A stretch of DNA of 64,000 nt from Bacillota bacterium (GTDB taxonomy: Bacteria; Bacillota; Clostridia; Christensenellales; UMGS416): assembly GCA_023422005.1 (NCBI GenBank), contig JAEZSC010000186.1, positions 30,219 through 94,218 of the forward strand, read 5' to 3'. How positions within the stretch are numbered: position 1 is the stretch's first letter; every line of letters starts with the position of its first letter. Position numbers and translations under genes: made by a program. The notes under the pieces are model-generated. The model searched no databases. It was not told the DNA's origin and was given only the letters and a program-made list of their open reading frames with translations. Of the stretch, positions 26,188 to 35,112 are shown one piece after another.

Positions 26188-28452
26188 CTATAAACCTTCT
26201 TTCCTTCGTTCCGCTGCGACGAAGGCCTGGCCCAGGGCCAAGCCGCCGTCGTTGCACGGCACGGCGTTGTTGGTGTACACGCTGAAACCGTCCTGAACCA
26301 AAAGCACCCGAAGGGTGCGCAGCAGCAGCGCGTTCTGGAACACACCGCCGGTCAGCGCGACGGTGTTTACGCCCGTCTGCTCCCGCACGCGGCGGCACAC
26401 CCGGGCTGCGGCCCGCGCCAGCGCCCGGTGAAACCCGAGGGGCTTCGCCCCCTTTGGCCGTTTCTGTTGGGGTTGTGGATCGTTCAGCAGTTCCGCGATG
26501 ACTGGCCGGTGATCCAGCAACAGCAGGCCGTCCTGCTCCAGTATATCAAATTCCATTGGGGTTTCCGGTATCCCCAGCGACAATGCCTCTGCCGCGGCGG
26601 TTTCCAGCGCCACGGCGCACTGGCCCTCGTAGCCGTTGGTATCGCATAAGCCCAGCAGCATAGCCGACGCGTCAAACAGGCGGCCCAGGCCGCTGTAGCG
26701 GGCGGTGTTCACACGGTTGGCGATGGCTGCCCGCAGCAGATCGGCCCCCTCGAAGCTCAGCTTGTCGGGGGCTTCGCCCCTTCCTGCGGCATGTAAATAG
26801 GCAAGAGCAGCTTTTCTGGCGTCCCGCGCGGCGCTGTCGCCGCCGGCCAGCTCCACCGGCAGCGCGCTGCCCACGCGGCGGTATGCCGCGCCTTCACACA
26901 GCAGGAATTCCCCACCCCATATGGAGCCGTCGTCGCCGTAGCCGGTGCCGTCGAAGGCCAGGCCCAGCACCGGCCCGTGCAGGTGGTGCTCGGCCATCAC
27001 CGAGGCCACATGGGCATGGTGGTGCTGCACCTGCACAAGGGGAAGGCCGGTGCGCCGGGCAAAGGCGCTGGAGAGATAGCCCGGATGCAGATCGCACGCG
27101 CCCAACTCCGGACGGATGCCGAACAGCCGCTGCATGTGCTCATAATTGGCGGCGTAGGCATCGGCCACGGCCTCCACCTCGAAGTCGCCAAAGTAGGAGC
27201 TCAGATAGGCCGAGCGGCCCCGCAGCAGGCAGAAGGCCGACTTCAAGTCGCTGCCGAACCCCACAATGGGTGTGGGGGATGCCTGCTGAAGCTCGACCGG
27301 CAGCGGCGCGTAACCCCGGGCGCGGCGGCTGGGCTGCGGGCCCAGGGCGGTCACGCGGGCCACCGAATCGTCCAGCCGGGTTACGATGGGCCGGTCGTGA
27401 TGCAGCACTCCGTCCAATGGACCGTCCGTCGTCAGCCATGCCAGCATCTCGTCGTCCCGGTGGATCTCCGGTTGGCCGCTGCGGTTGGCGCTGGTCATCA
27501 CGAGCGCGCCGAGGGGTTCCAGAAGCAGCGCCTGCACCGGCGCGTAGGGCAGGAATGCCCCTGTCAAAGGTGTATCCCCTAGCGTCGGAGCGAAGGGCGC
27601 ACCCACGGTCTCCAATAATGCGATCGGCCGGGCGGGGGAGCGCAGCAGCGCTTCCTCGCCGTCGGAAGCCTCGCAATATTTCCTCAGAGTGTCCATGTCT
27701 CGGAACATCACGGCGAAGGGCTTCTGTTCTCTGTGCTTGAGCTCCCGCAGGCGGCGTATGGCCCTGTCGTCGAAGGGACTGCACGCCAGGTGATAGCCGC
27801 CGATGCCCTTGACCGCGACGATGCCGCCGGCCTGCAGCGCGGCGATGGCCCGCTGCAGCGCGTCCTCCCGCTTCCAGGTGAGCCCTTGCTGATCCGTGTA
27901 GCCCAGCACCGGCCCGCACACGGGGCACGCGATGGTCTGCGCGTGGAAGCGCCGGTCGGTTGGATCGTCGTATTCACGCTGGCATTCGGGGCACATGGGA
28001 AAGCTCGCCATGGACGTGGTCGCCCGGTCATAGGGCGCGCCGGTCAGTATGCTGTAGCGCGGGCCGCACACGGCGCAGCTGATGAAGGGGTGCCGGAAGC
28101 GCCGGTTGTGGGGGTCGAAGAGCTCCCTCTCGCAATCCGGGCACATGGGCAGGTCGGCGGACAGCAGGTCCACCGCGCCGCCGGCACTGGTTTGGATCGT
28201 AAAGGAAGATAAATCCTCATCGGGGATGACTTGCGTGGCGATGTGGGTGATGCGGGCCTGGGCCGGAGCCTCGGCGCGCAGTGCGGCCAAAAAGGCGTTC
28301 AAGGCGGCTTGGTCGGCGTTGAGCAGCAGTTCCACGTTGCTGCCCACGTTGCGCACCGTGCCGCCAAGCGCGAAGCGCGCCGCCAGGCGTGCCAGCAGCG
28401 GGCGCATGCCCACACCCTGTACAACGCCTTCGATGGAAACCCGGAAAGTCAT
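26188..28452 (-). CDS. hypF: Carbamoyltransferase HypF
   Basis: N-terminal acylphosphatase-like domain, two Zn-finger pairs (CPDCERE...CAVCGPRYS; CPECQREY...CPVCGP), and YrdC and Kae1-like regions. Confidence 0.9.
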   Translation of the reverse strand: MTFRVSIEGVVQGVGMRPLLARLAARFALGGTVRNVGSNVELLLNADQAALNAFLAALRAEAPAQARITHIATQVIPDEDLSSFTIQTSAGGAVDLLSADLPMCPDCERELFDPHNRRFRHPFISCAVCGPRYSILTGAPYDRATTSMASFPMCPECQREYDDPTDRRFHAQTIACPVCGPVLGYTDQQGLTWKREDALQRAIAALQAGGIVAVKGIGGYHLACSPFDDRAIRRLRELKHREQKPFAVMFRDMDTLRKYCEASDGEEALLRSPARPIALLETVGAPFAPTLGDTPLTGAFLPYAPVQALLLEPLGALVMTSANRSGQPEIHRDDEMLAWLTTDGPLDGVLHHDRPIVTRLDDSVARVTALGPQPSRRARGYAPLPVELQQASPTPIVGFGSDLKSAFCLLRGRSAYLSSYFGDFEVEAVADAYAANYEHMQRLFGIRPELGACDLHPGYLSSAFARRTGLPLVQVQHHHAHVASVMAEHHLHGPVLGLAFDGTGYGDDGSIWGGEFLLCEGAAYRRVGSALPVELAGGDSAARDARKAALAYLHAAGRGEAPDKLSFEGADLLRAAIANRVNTARYSGLGRLFDASAMLLGLCDTNGYEGQCAVALETAAAEALSLGIPETPMEFDILEQDGLLLLDHRPVIAELLNDPQPQQKRPKGAKPLGFHRALARAAARVCRRVREQTGVNTVALTGGVFQNALLLRTLRVLLVQDGFSVYTNNAVPCNDGGLALGQAFVAAERRKEGL

Positions 28453-29108
28453 TTTGCTCCCCGGCGGGCCAGCAGCCAGCGGACAACTGCGTCATAGCCT
28501 TCCTTGGTCTTGCCGCTGACCGGGAACAGCGGCGCCTGGGGGTTCACCGCCCGCAGGCCTTTGGTGAAGAAGTCCAGGTCGAAATCCACATAGGGGATCA
28601 GGTCGCACTTGTTGAGCAGGATCAGGTCGGCCTTCTCGAAGGCCAGCGGATATTTGTATGGTTTATCGCTGCCCTCGGTCACGGTCACGATCAGCAGCTT
28701 CAGGTGTTCGCCGATGTTAAACTCAGCGGGGCATACGAGGTTGCCCACGTTTTCCACAAAAAGCCAGCTGCCGTCGGCCAGCTTCAGCGAATCGGCGGCC
28801 TGCTCTATGACCCAGGCGTCCAGATGGCAGGCCCCCTGGGTGTTGATCTGCTGGGCGGACACGCCGTGTTCGTCCAGCTTCCGGGTGTCGATGTCGCTCT
28901 CGATGTCGCCCTCGATGACCGAGACATTACGGCTGCCCAACTGCTCGATCAGGTTCAGCAGGCTGGTGGTCTTGCCCACGCCCGGCGCGCCCAGCACGTT
29001 TACGGCGAAGATGTCGCGGCGGTCGAAGTCGGCGCGAAGGCGGTCGGACACGCGGTCATTCTCGGTGGCGATTTGTTCCATCACGGGAACCTTGATGACT
29101 TCTTTCAT
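28449..29108 (-). CDS. hypB: Hydrogenase nickel-incorporation GTPase HypB
   Basis: P-loop GAPGVGKTT, ENVGNLVCP and NKCDL G-motifs. 4-nt overlap with hypF. Confidence 0.9.
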   Translation of the reverse strand: MKEVIKVPVMEQIATENDRVSDRLRADFDRRDIFAVNVLGAPGVGKTTSLLNLIEQLGSRNVSVIEGDIESDIDTRKLDEHGVSAQQINTQGACHLDAWVIEQAADSLKLADGSWLFVENVGNLVCPAEFNIGEHLKLLIVTVTEGSDKPYKYPLAFEKADLILLNKCDLIPYVDFDLDFFTKGLRAVNPQAPLFPVSGKTKEGYDAVVRWLLARRGAK

Positions 29109-29239
29109 GGGTTTCTGGCTCCTGTCCAGATCATTTACAAATCTACTTTTAAGTTGGCTTCCCCTCGAGGGGAAGCTGTCACCGAAGGTGACTGATGAGG
29201 TGGCTTTTTCTCATCCGGTGTGATGCGCCATCTTCCAGG

Positions 29240-29277
29240 TTGCAGGGGCGAGTAGGATGTACAGCATCCGACCAGCC
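29240..29277. repeat. 38-nt conserved-flank/variable-hairpin module, copy 2 (inside the hypA-hypB spacer)
   Basis: ttgcaggggcgagta-GGATG tacag CATCC-gaccagcc. Confidence 0.7.
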
Positions 29278-29298
29278 CTCTTGAGCGGAAGGCAATGG

Positions 29299-29649
29299 CT
29301 ATGTTTCTTTCTCCACTTCTATCGATTCGATCAGCAGTTCGCGGCCCACGTCGGTGGGTTCGCCGTCCACGCCGCAGGCGGGGCAGTCGAAGCGGAAGAG
29401 CCGCCGCTCGAAGAGCTGCCCGCAACTGGGGCAGCGCAGCTTGGGCTTCACACGGCGGATGTCCAGACGAGCGCCGGCGCACAGCGTGTCGCCGGCGATC
29501 AGGTCGAAATACATCTGTATCGAGTCCGGCACGTAGCCACTCTGATCGCCCACGACCAGCGTGATGCGTCGCACCCTGGCGGCGCCGTTGGCCCGGGCGT
29601 GCTCCTCAGCTGTCTTTATGATCGCTTTCACCAGCGGGTACTCGTGCAC
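29299..29649 (-). CDS. hypA: Hydrogenase nickel-insertion protein HypA
   Basis: A GTG start at 29649 yields the canonical Ni-binding N-terminus M-H-E (MHEYPLV). Zn site CPSCG...CPACG. The track start at 29661 would add MCSP. Confidence 0.85.
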   Translation of the reverse strand: MHEYPLVKAIIKTAEEHARANGAARVRRITLVVGDQSGYVPDSIQMYFDLIAGDTLCAGARLDIRRVKPKLRCPSCGQLFERRLFRFDCPACGVDGEPTDVGRELLIESIEVEKET

Positions 29650-29974
29650 GGGTGAACACATCCTTTACCGGCTCGCTGGAGGGAGTCGTGTAGTCGGGTC
29701 GCATGGCCAGGCACTTCTTGGGGCATACCTCCACACAGGCGTTGCACTGCACGCAGCGCATGCGCTGGATGGACCACATAAGGTCGGCCTTTTGCACCTC
29801 GATGGCGTTGGCCGGGCAGCGCCTCTGGCAGATGCCGCAATGGATGCACGCGTCGATGTCGATCTCGATGTGGCCGCGAGTGCGCTCGTACACCTTGGGT
29901 TTCTCGGCGGGGTAGCGCACGGTGGCGGGCTTGCCCAGCAGGCTTTTGAACAGTGTTTTTCCGATCTTGAACAT
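29606..29974 (-). CDS. echF: Ech hydrogenase 2x[4Fe-4S] ferredoxin-like subunit (EchF/NuoI-like)
   Basis: Two CxxCxxCxxxCP motifs: CIHCGICQRRCP and CVQCNACVEVCP. Confidence 0.8.
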   Translation of the reverse strand: MFKIGKTLFKSLLGKPATVRYPAEKPKVYERTRGHIEIDIDACIHCGICQRRCPANAIEVQKADLMWSIQRMRCVQCNACVEVCPKKCLAMRPDYTTPSSEPVKDVFTRARVPAGESDHKDS

Positions 29975-29987
29975 TGCTTCTTTAACC

Positions 29988-31070
29988 TTATCTCTCAGTA
30001 CAGCTAATGCACGGGTCGATTGTCAGGATGAGCACCGGTACATCGGCCAGCTCGCAGCCCTGCAGCGTCTGTATCAGCGCCGGCAGGTTGGCGAAGGTGG
30101 GCGTGCGCACGCGCATGCGGTCCAGGAACTTGGTGCCGTTGGCCTTCACGTAGTAGATCACCTCGCCCCGGGGTTGTTCCAGGCGGGCGAAGTATTCGCC
30201 GTTGGGGTTGCCCTTGAACTTGGTTTCGATCTCGCCGCCGGGCATCATCGCGATGGCCTGCCGGATCAGATGGATGCTTTGGAACAGCTCGCCGATGCGC
30301 ACGGCGCAGCGGGCGTAGCAATCGCCATCGGTGCGGGTGACGGGCTCTAGATCCAGCTTGGAATAAGCGGCGTACCCCAGCTTGCGCATGTCCTGCGCCA
30401 CGCCGCTGGCCCGCAGCATGGGGCCTACAGCGCCCAGCTTGTAGGCCTGTTCCTTCGTAAGCACGCCCAGGCCGGTCAGGCGGTGGCGCACCGAGCGGTC
30501 CTCCAGAAAGACCTTGGTGATCTCGCGGTATTCCTTCTCGATGTCCATCAGCATGGCGTCGATGCGGTGAAGCATGTCGTCGGTGATGTCGCGGCGCACA
30601 CCGCCGATTTTGCAAACCGAGAAGATCACGCGGCCGCCGGTGGTCTCTTCGAAGATGTCCAGAATTTTTTCGCGGATGCGCCAGCTGTGCATGAACAGGC
30701 TTTCAAAACCGAAGGCGTCGGCCAGCAGACCCATCCACAGCGTGTGGCTGTGCATGCGGGAAAGCTCGCACCACACCGTGCGCAGGAACAGCGCCCGGTC
30801 AGGCACCGCGATGTCCATAATGCCTTCGACGGCCTGGCAATAGCCCAGCCCGTGCATGAAGCTGCAGATGCCGCAGATGCGCTCGGCCACATACACATAA
30901 TCCACGAAGTCGCGCTTCTCCACGAGCTTTTCCAGCCCGCGGTGCACAAAGCCGATGGAAGGGATGGCCTCCACGACGCGCTCATCTTCCAGCACCAGAT
31001 CCAGATGGATGGGCTCGGGCAGCACCGGGTGCTGCGGCCCGAAGGGAATGATCGTGCGCTTGCCGCTCAT
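29988..31070 (-). CDS. echE: Group 4 [NiFe] hydrogenase large subunit (EchE/NuoD-like)
   Basis: N-terminal Ni-Fe ligands RICGICSFMH and C-terminal DPCISCTER. The protein terminates right after the motif, with no C-terminal extension. Confidence 0.9.
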   Translation of the reverse strand: MSGKRTIIPFGPQHPVLPEPIHLDLVLEDERVVEAIPSIGFVHRGLEKLVEKRDFVDYVYVAERICGICSFMHGLGYCQAVEGIMDIAVPDRALFLRTVWCELSRMHSHTLWMGLLADAFGFESLFMHSWRIREKILDIFEETTGGRVIFSVCKIGGVRRDITDDMLHRIDAMLMDIEKEYREITKVFLEDRSVRHRLTGLGVLTKEQAYKLGAVGPMLRASGVAQDMRKLGYAAYSKLDLEPVTRTDGDCYARCAVRIGELFQSIHLIRQAIAMMPGGEIETKFKGNPNGEYFARLEQPRGEVIYYVKANGTKFLDRMRVRTPTFANLPALIQTLQGCELADVPVLILTIDPCISCTER

Positions 31071-31501
31071 CGGGGTTCCTCCTTCTGCGCCACGCTCTCG
31101 ACGGTCTTCACTTCCAGCGGGGAGCCTACAGCGGCTTCGCCGCTTTCACGCGTTGCCTGCGGAGCGAAGGGCGTCTTGACCGGCAGCTTGTAGAAGTTGC
31201 CCTCGTAGTCCAGCGAAATGTGCTTGATCTTCACACCGAAGAGGTCCTTAAGCTCGTTCTCATAGATGAACGCGCACGGATAGACGCCGGAGATGCTGGT
31301 GATCTCGACATCCGGCGGAATCTCCAGGCGCAACGTCACGAAATCGTATTCGCGGTCAAAGGAATAGGAGATCTCGAACCCAACCGCGGTCTTGGTGCAC
31401 GTGATGGCGACCAGCCGGTAGCTGTCGCGCTCCATGTCGTACACGGTGCGGATGCGGTTTGTCAGGTCCACGGCGATCAGCTTGTGTGTTTCGTATTTCA
31501 T
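31067..31501 (-). CDS. echD: Ech hydrogenase subunit D (NuoC-like)
   Basis: ATG 31501 (MKYETHKLIAV...). NuoC-like core FDREYDFVTLRLEIPPD...YPCAFIYENELKDLFG. Translationally coupled on both sides by 4-nt overlaps. Confidence 0.75.
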   Translation of the reverse strand: MKYETHKLIAVDLTNRIRTVYDMERDSYRLVAITCTKTAVGFEISYSFDREYDFVTLRLEIPPDVEITSISGVYPCAFIYENELKDLFGVKIKHISLDYEGNFYKLPVKTPFAPQATRESGEAAVGSPLEVKTVESVAQKEEPR

Positions 31502-31941
31502 TGCTTGGAGCCTCCGAGCTTCAGCGCCTTGCGCTTTTCCTCCAGGATGCCCAGCGACTTGACCACGCCGTCGATGATGGCGGTGGGCCGCGCCGCGCAG
31601 CCGGGCACATACACGTCCACCGGCACCACCGAGGATGCGCCGCCTTTCACGTTGTAGCATTCGGCGAACACGCCGCCGCTGTTGGCGCAGATGCCCACGG
31701 CCACGACGACCTTGGGCTCGGCCATCTGGTCATAGATTTGCTTGACGACGTCCTTGCACTGCTCGTTGATGCAGCCGGTCAGCAGCAGGATGTCGGCGTG
31801 CTTGGGGTTGCCGGTGTTTATGATGCCCAGGCGCTCCACATCGTAGAGCGGCGTCAGGCAGGCCAAAACTTCGATGTCGCAGCCGTTGCAGCTGGCGCCG
31901 TCGTAATGGATGAGCCACGGGGATTTCGTGGTAAAGGACAT
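31498..31941 (-). CDS. echC: Group 4 [NiFe] hydrogenase small subunit (EchC/NuoB-like)
   Basis: Proximal-cluster cysteines CNGCDIE, GICANSGG and PGCAARP. Confidence 0.9.
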   Translation of the reverse strand: MSFTTKSPWLIHYDGASCNGCDIEVLACLTPLYDVERLGIINTGNPKHADILLLTGCINEQCKDVVKQIYDQMAEPKVVVAVGICANSGGVFAECYNVKGGASSVVPVDVYVPGCAARPTAIIDGVVKSLGILEEKRKALKLGGSKQ

Positions 31942-31957
31942 TTTTCTTCTCCGTCTG

Positions 31958-32821
31958 TCAGTAAAGTAGGATGAACAAGTTGAGGAACCCCGCAGCCAGC
32001 GCCACGATCCACGACGATGCCAGCGTCAGCTGCCAGCGGAAGCGCGCATAGCTGTTGTCGATGAGAATTTCCAGGAAATAGGCGACGACGCAAGCCAGCA
32101 CGCCGACCAGGGGGCTCCAGATATTGTCCCACGAAAAGAACAGATATACAAACCCCAGCAGGAAGATGTTTTCATACCAGTGGGCGATCTCGATGACGGC
32201 CAGGCCCCGGCCGGAATATTCGGTCGTGATGCCCTTGACGATCTCCTGGTGGCCGTGGTGGCTCGTGGAAAGATCGAAGGGCGATTTGCGCAGCTTGATC
32301 GTGAGCACATAGAGGTAGCCCACGAACAGCAGCGGCAGATAGACGACCGGCGGCAGGCTGCCGTCCAGTATTTCGCTCACGAAGAACGTCTTGCTCATGG
32401 CGTAGAAGCCGATGGCAGAGAAAAGCACCATGGGCTCATAGGCCATCATCTGCAGAATTTCGCGCTGTGCGCCGATCTGGCTGTAGGGCGAGTTTGTGGA
32501 ATAGCCGCCCACGATGAAGAAGATGTTGGCCAGTGTCAGCGCGAAGATCACCAGCAGCAGGTCGCCGCCGCTGAAGAACAGAGCGCCGGCCATGATAGCA
32601 AACACCAGGAAACAATATACATAGAGGTTCTGCAGCCGGTTGACCGTCATAGACTGCTTCTGCAGCAGCTTGAACACATCGTAGAAAGGCTGCAGCAGCG
32701 GCGGCCCCACGCGGCCCTGCATGCGGGCGGAAACGATGCGGTCCACGCCGCTGAGCAGGCCGCCCAGCGCCGGCGCCAGCACAATATAACCGATCATCGA
32801 CCAAATGCCAGTACCCATCAT
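31958..32821 (-). CDS. echB: Ech hydrogenase membrane subunit B (NuoH/HycD-like)
   Basis: 8-TM NuoH-like protein (RIVSARMQGRVGPPLLQPFYDVFKLL). Confidence 0.85.
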   Translation of the reverse strand: MMGTGIWSMIGYIVLAPALGGLLSGVDRIVSARMQGRVGPPLLQPFYDVFKLLQKQSMTVNRLQNLYVYCFLVFAIMAGALFFSGGDLLLVIFALTLANIFFIVGGYSTNSPYSQIGAQREILQMMAYEPMVLFSAIGFYAMSKTFFVSEILDGSLPPVVYLPLLFVGYLYVLTIKLRKSPFDLSTSHHGHQEIVKGITTEYSGRGLAVIEIAHWYENIFLLGFVYLFFSWDNIWSPLVGVLACVVAYFLEILIDNSYARFRWQLTLASSWIVALAAGFLNLFILLY

Positions 32822-34725
32822 ATCACCTTCGTCATCAGGATTGCGAACATCACGACGATGAAGGCTGCCGTGGCCACGGTGCCGGCAAGGTTTAGCCGCT
32901 GCTCGCCCAGATAATTGCCCATGTACCAGTTGGAGAGCTGCACCTCCCGGTCGCGCCCCAGCGAGGCGTGGTAGGACATGTTATCGCCGGTGTTTTCGCC
33001 GGCCATGTACACATCCACGCGCCGGGAGCGGTCGCCGCCGGTCAGGATGAAGGACAGCGGCAGCACCAGAATCATGCCCAGCATCAGCAGCATCGTCAAC
33101 ACGTCGTTGCGGCGCAGAATCTCGAAGCTCTCGTGGAAGATCGTCTGCAGATAGGGCGCCAGAATATGGGAGGAGACCAGAGGAAACAACGTGCACACGG
33201 CGATCGTCAGCACCGCGTGCAGGCCGATGGCGAACCACTCGTCGGGGCTGGGGTACTTGTGCTTTTTCTTCACGGCGGGCACGGTCATGATGCTGCCCAG
33301 CCACTTGGTCCAATAGAACAGCGTCGCGGAGCTGCCGAACACCAGCATGATCAGCAGCATCACCTGGTTGGAATCCACAAAGGCCTTCATGGCCGCCCAC
33401 TTGGAGATCAGCATGCCGAAGGGGGCCAGGAACATGCCCGCGATGCCCACGACCATCAGAATGCTGACGCGGGGCATGTGCACGATCAGGCCCTTCATGT
33501 CCTCGATATCGCGGCTGCCCATGGTGTGCTCCACGGTGCCCACCGACAGGAACATCAGAGACTTGGCCACGGCGTGGAACAGAATCAGCAGGATGGCCAC
33601 CCAAACGGCCTCATAGTTGCCCAGGCCCGCGCAGGTCACGATCAGGCCCAGGTTGGCGATCGTGGAGTAGGCCAGTATCTTCTTGCCATCGCTCTGGCTG
33701 ATGGCCGCCAAAGACGCGAGCAGGAACGTCAATCCCCCGATGTATGTGGCCAGGATGCCGGGAATCGTGTCGCCCAAACCGGGGGCCAGACGGATGATCA
33801 GATAGACGCCGGCCTTGACCATCGTGGAGGAGTGCAGCAGGGCGCTGGTGGGCGTTGGGGCCACCATGGCGCCCAGCAGCCACGAGGAGAAGGGCATCTG
33901 CGCGGCCTTGACCATGCCTGCCAGGCACAGCAGCAGCACCGGCAGCAGCATGGCCTGCTGGCTTAAGCCCATGGCCAGCAGGTTGGCCAGATCTACCGTC
34001 TGGAACCGGTCGGCCAAATAGATCAGCGCGCCGGTGAAGGCCACGCCGCCCAACAGGTTCAGGTTCAGCGCGCGGAAGGAGTTCTTGATGGCCACGGGCT
34101 CCTTTGTGTAGCCGATGAGCAGGAAGGAACACAGCGTCGTGATCTCCCAGAAGAAGTACAGCCACAGCAAACTATTGGAGAATATAATGCCGAACATTGC
34201 CGACAGAAAGACGAACAGCAGAAAAAAGAAGAACGGCCTTCTGTCCCTGACAGTATGGCCGTGCTCGTGATAGTGTTTCATATAGCCCAGAGCGTAAACG
34301 CAGATAAGGCTGCCGATGATGCCGATGACCAGTGCCATCAGTATGCTTAGGCGGTCTACAAAGAGGGCGTTTTGCACCTCGAAGGTGGTTTCGTGGGTCA
34401 GCTCGTACCAGATGAGCGCCGGCGCCTGCACCAGCGTGAGCACGATGGACATCCAGTTGCGCCGGCGTGCGCCCATATAGACGATGAACAGCGCCAAAGC
34501 CGCCTCCACGGTCAGCATGGCGTAGCCGGGCAGCGGGCTTTCCACCGCGAAGAATGTGGCGTCGGAGCTTAGAAACTCCACCGCCAGAGACACGCTGGCC
34601 GCAGCGATGAGCGCCGCAGCGCCGCGCACCAGAACCTTGCGCACGCCGTCATGCTTTGTCAGCAGCAGCGCCAGCCCCACCAATAGGGGAAAGAAGATGA
34701 GAAACAGTATTTGCACCAAGAACAT
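32818..34725 (-). CDS. echA: Ech hydrogenase membrane subunit A (NuoL/HyfB-like antiporter-type subunit)
   Basis: Large polytopic Mrp/NuoL-type protein. The longest ORF starts at 34761, but that ATG is only 14 nt below a consensus -10. ATG 34725 or TTG 34719 is more plausible. Start uncertain. Confidence 0.8.
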   Translation of the reverse strand: MFLVQILFLIFFPLLVGLALLLTKHDGVRKVLVRGAAALIAAASVSLAVEFLSSDATFFAVESPLPGYAMLTVEAALALFIVYMGARRRNWMSIVLTLVQAPALIWYELTHETTFEVQNALFVDRLSILMALVIGIIGSLICVYALGYMKHYHEHGHTVRDRRPFFFFLLFVFLSAMFGIIFSNSLLWLYFFWEITTLCSFLLIGYTKEPVAIKNSFRALNLNLLGGVAFTGALIYLADRFQTVDLANLLAMGLSQQAMLLPVLLLCLAGMVKAAQMPFSSWLLGAMVAPTPTSALLHSSTMVKAGVYLIIRLAPGLGDTIPGILATYIGGLTFLLASLAAISQSDGKKILAYSTIANLGLIVTCAGLGNYEAVWVAILLILFHAVAKSLMFLSVGTVEHTMGSRDIEDMKGLIVHMPRVSILMVVGIAGMFLAPFGMLISKWAAMKAFVDSNQVMLLIMLVFGSSATLFYWTKWLGSIMTVPAVKKKHKYPSPDEWFAIGLHAVLTIAVCTLFPLVSSHILAPYLQTIFHESFEILRRNDVLTMLLMLGMILVLPLSFILTGGDRSRRVDVYMAGENTGDNMSYHASLGRDREVQLSNWYMGNYLGEQRLNLAGTVATAAFIVVMFAILMTKVI

Positions 34726-34774
34726 CACCTGGTTTCCGGGAGACCTTTCCCTTTGCTTCATTTATAGCCTGTGT

Positions 34775-34803
34775 ATTATAGTATGGTTGTGTTGCGATTT
34801 CAA
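34775..34803 (-). promoter_or_regulatory. Near-consensus sigma-70-type promoter for the ech-hyp operon
   Basis: Minus strand reads TTGAAA - 17 nt - TATAAT (-35 at 34803..34798, -10 at 34780..34775). Confidence 0.55.
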
Positions 34804-35112
34804 CAAGTTCGGACGGGGATATACAAATTTTCCAGATCTTCCATGGGCGTTTGTCAAGTTCCTTTTTTGCGAGGGACGTTACATATTTGCGATCCCGCGG
34901 GACGATTTTCGCCCAGACGCGCTGTCCCACTTGGTTTCGCATAAAATGTGGTTTTCTGGTACAATAAAGGCTGTGCAATATGGGTCGCGCCCAGAAGCGC
35001 GGTTTGCACTTTTGTGGATAAATTGTGATTATTTATAAAAGATCGGTGGCATGTAGAGAGCACCGAACAACAAGGCGCATCAGCGCCGAAAGCGAAGCGC
35101 AAGCGAGAGCAA

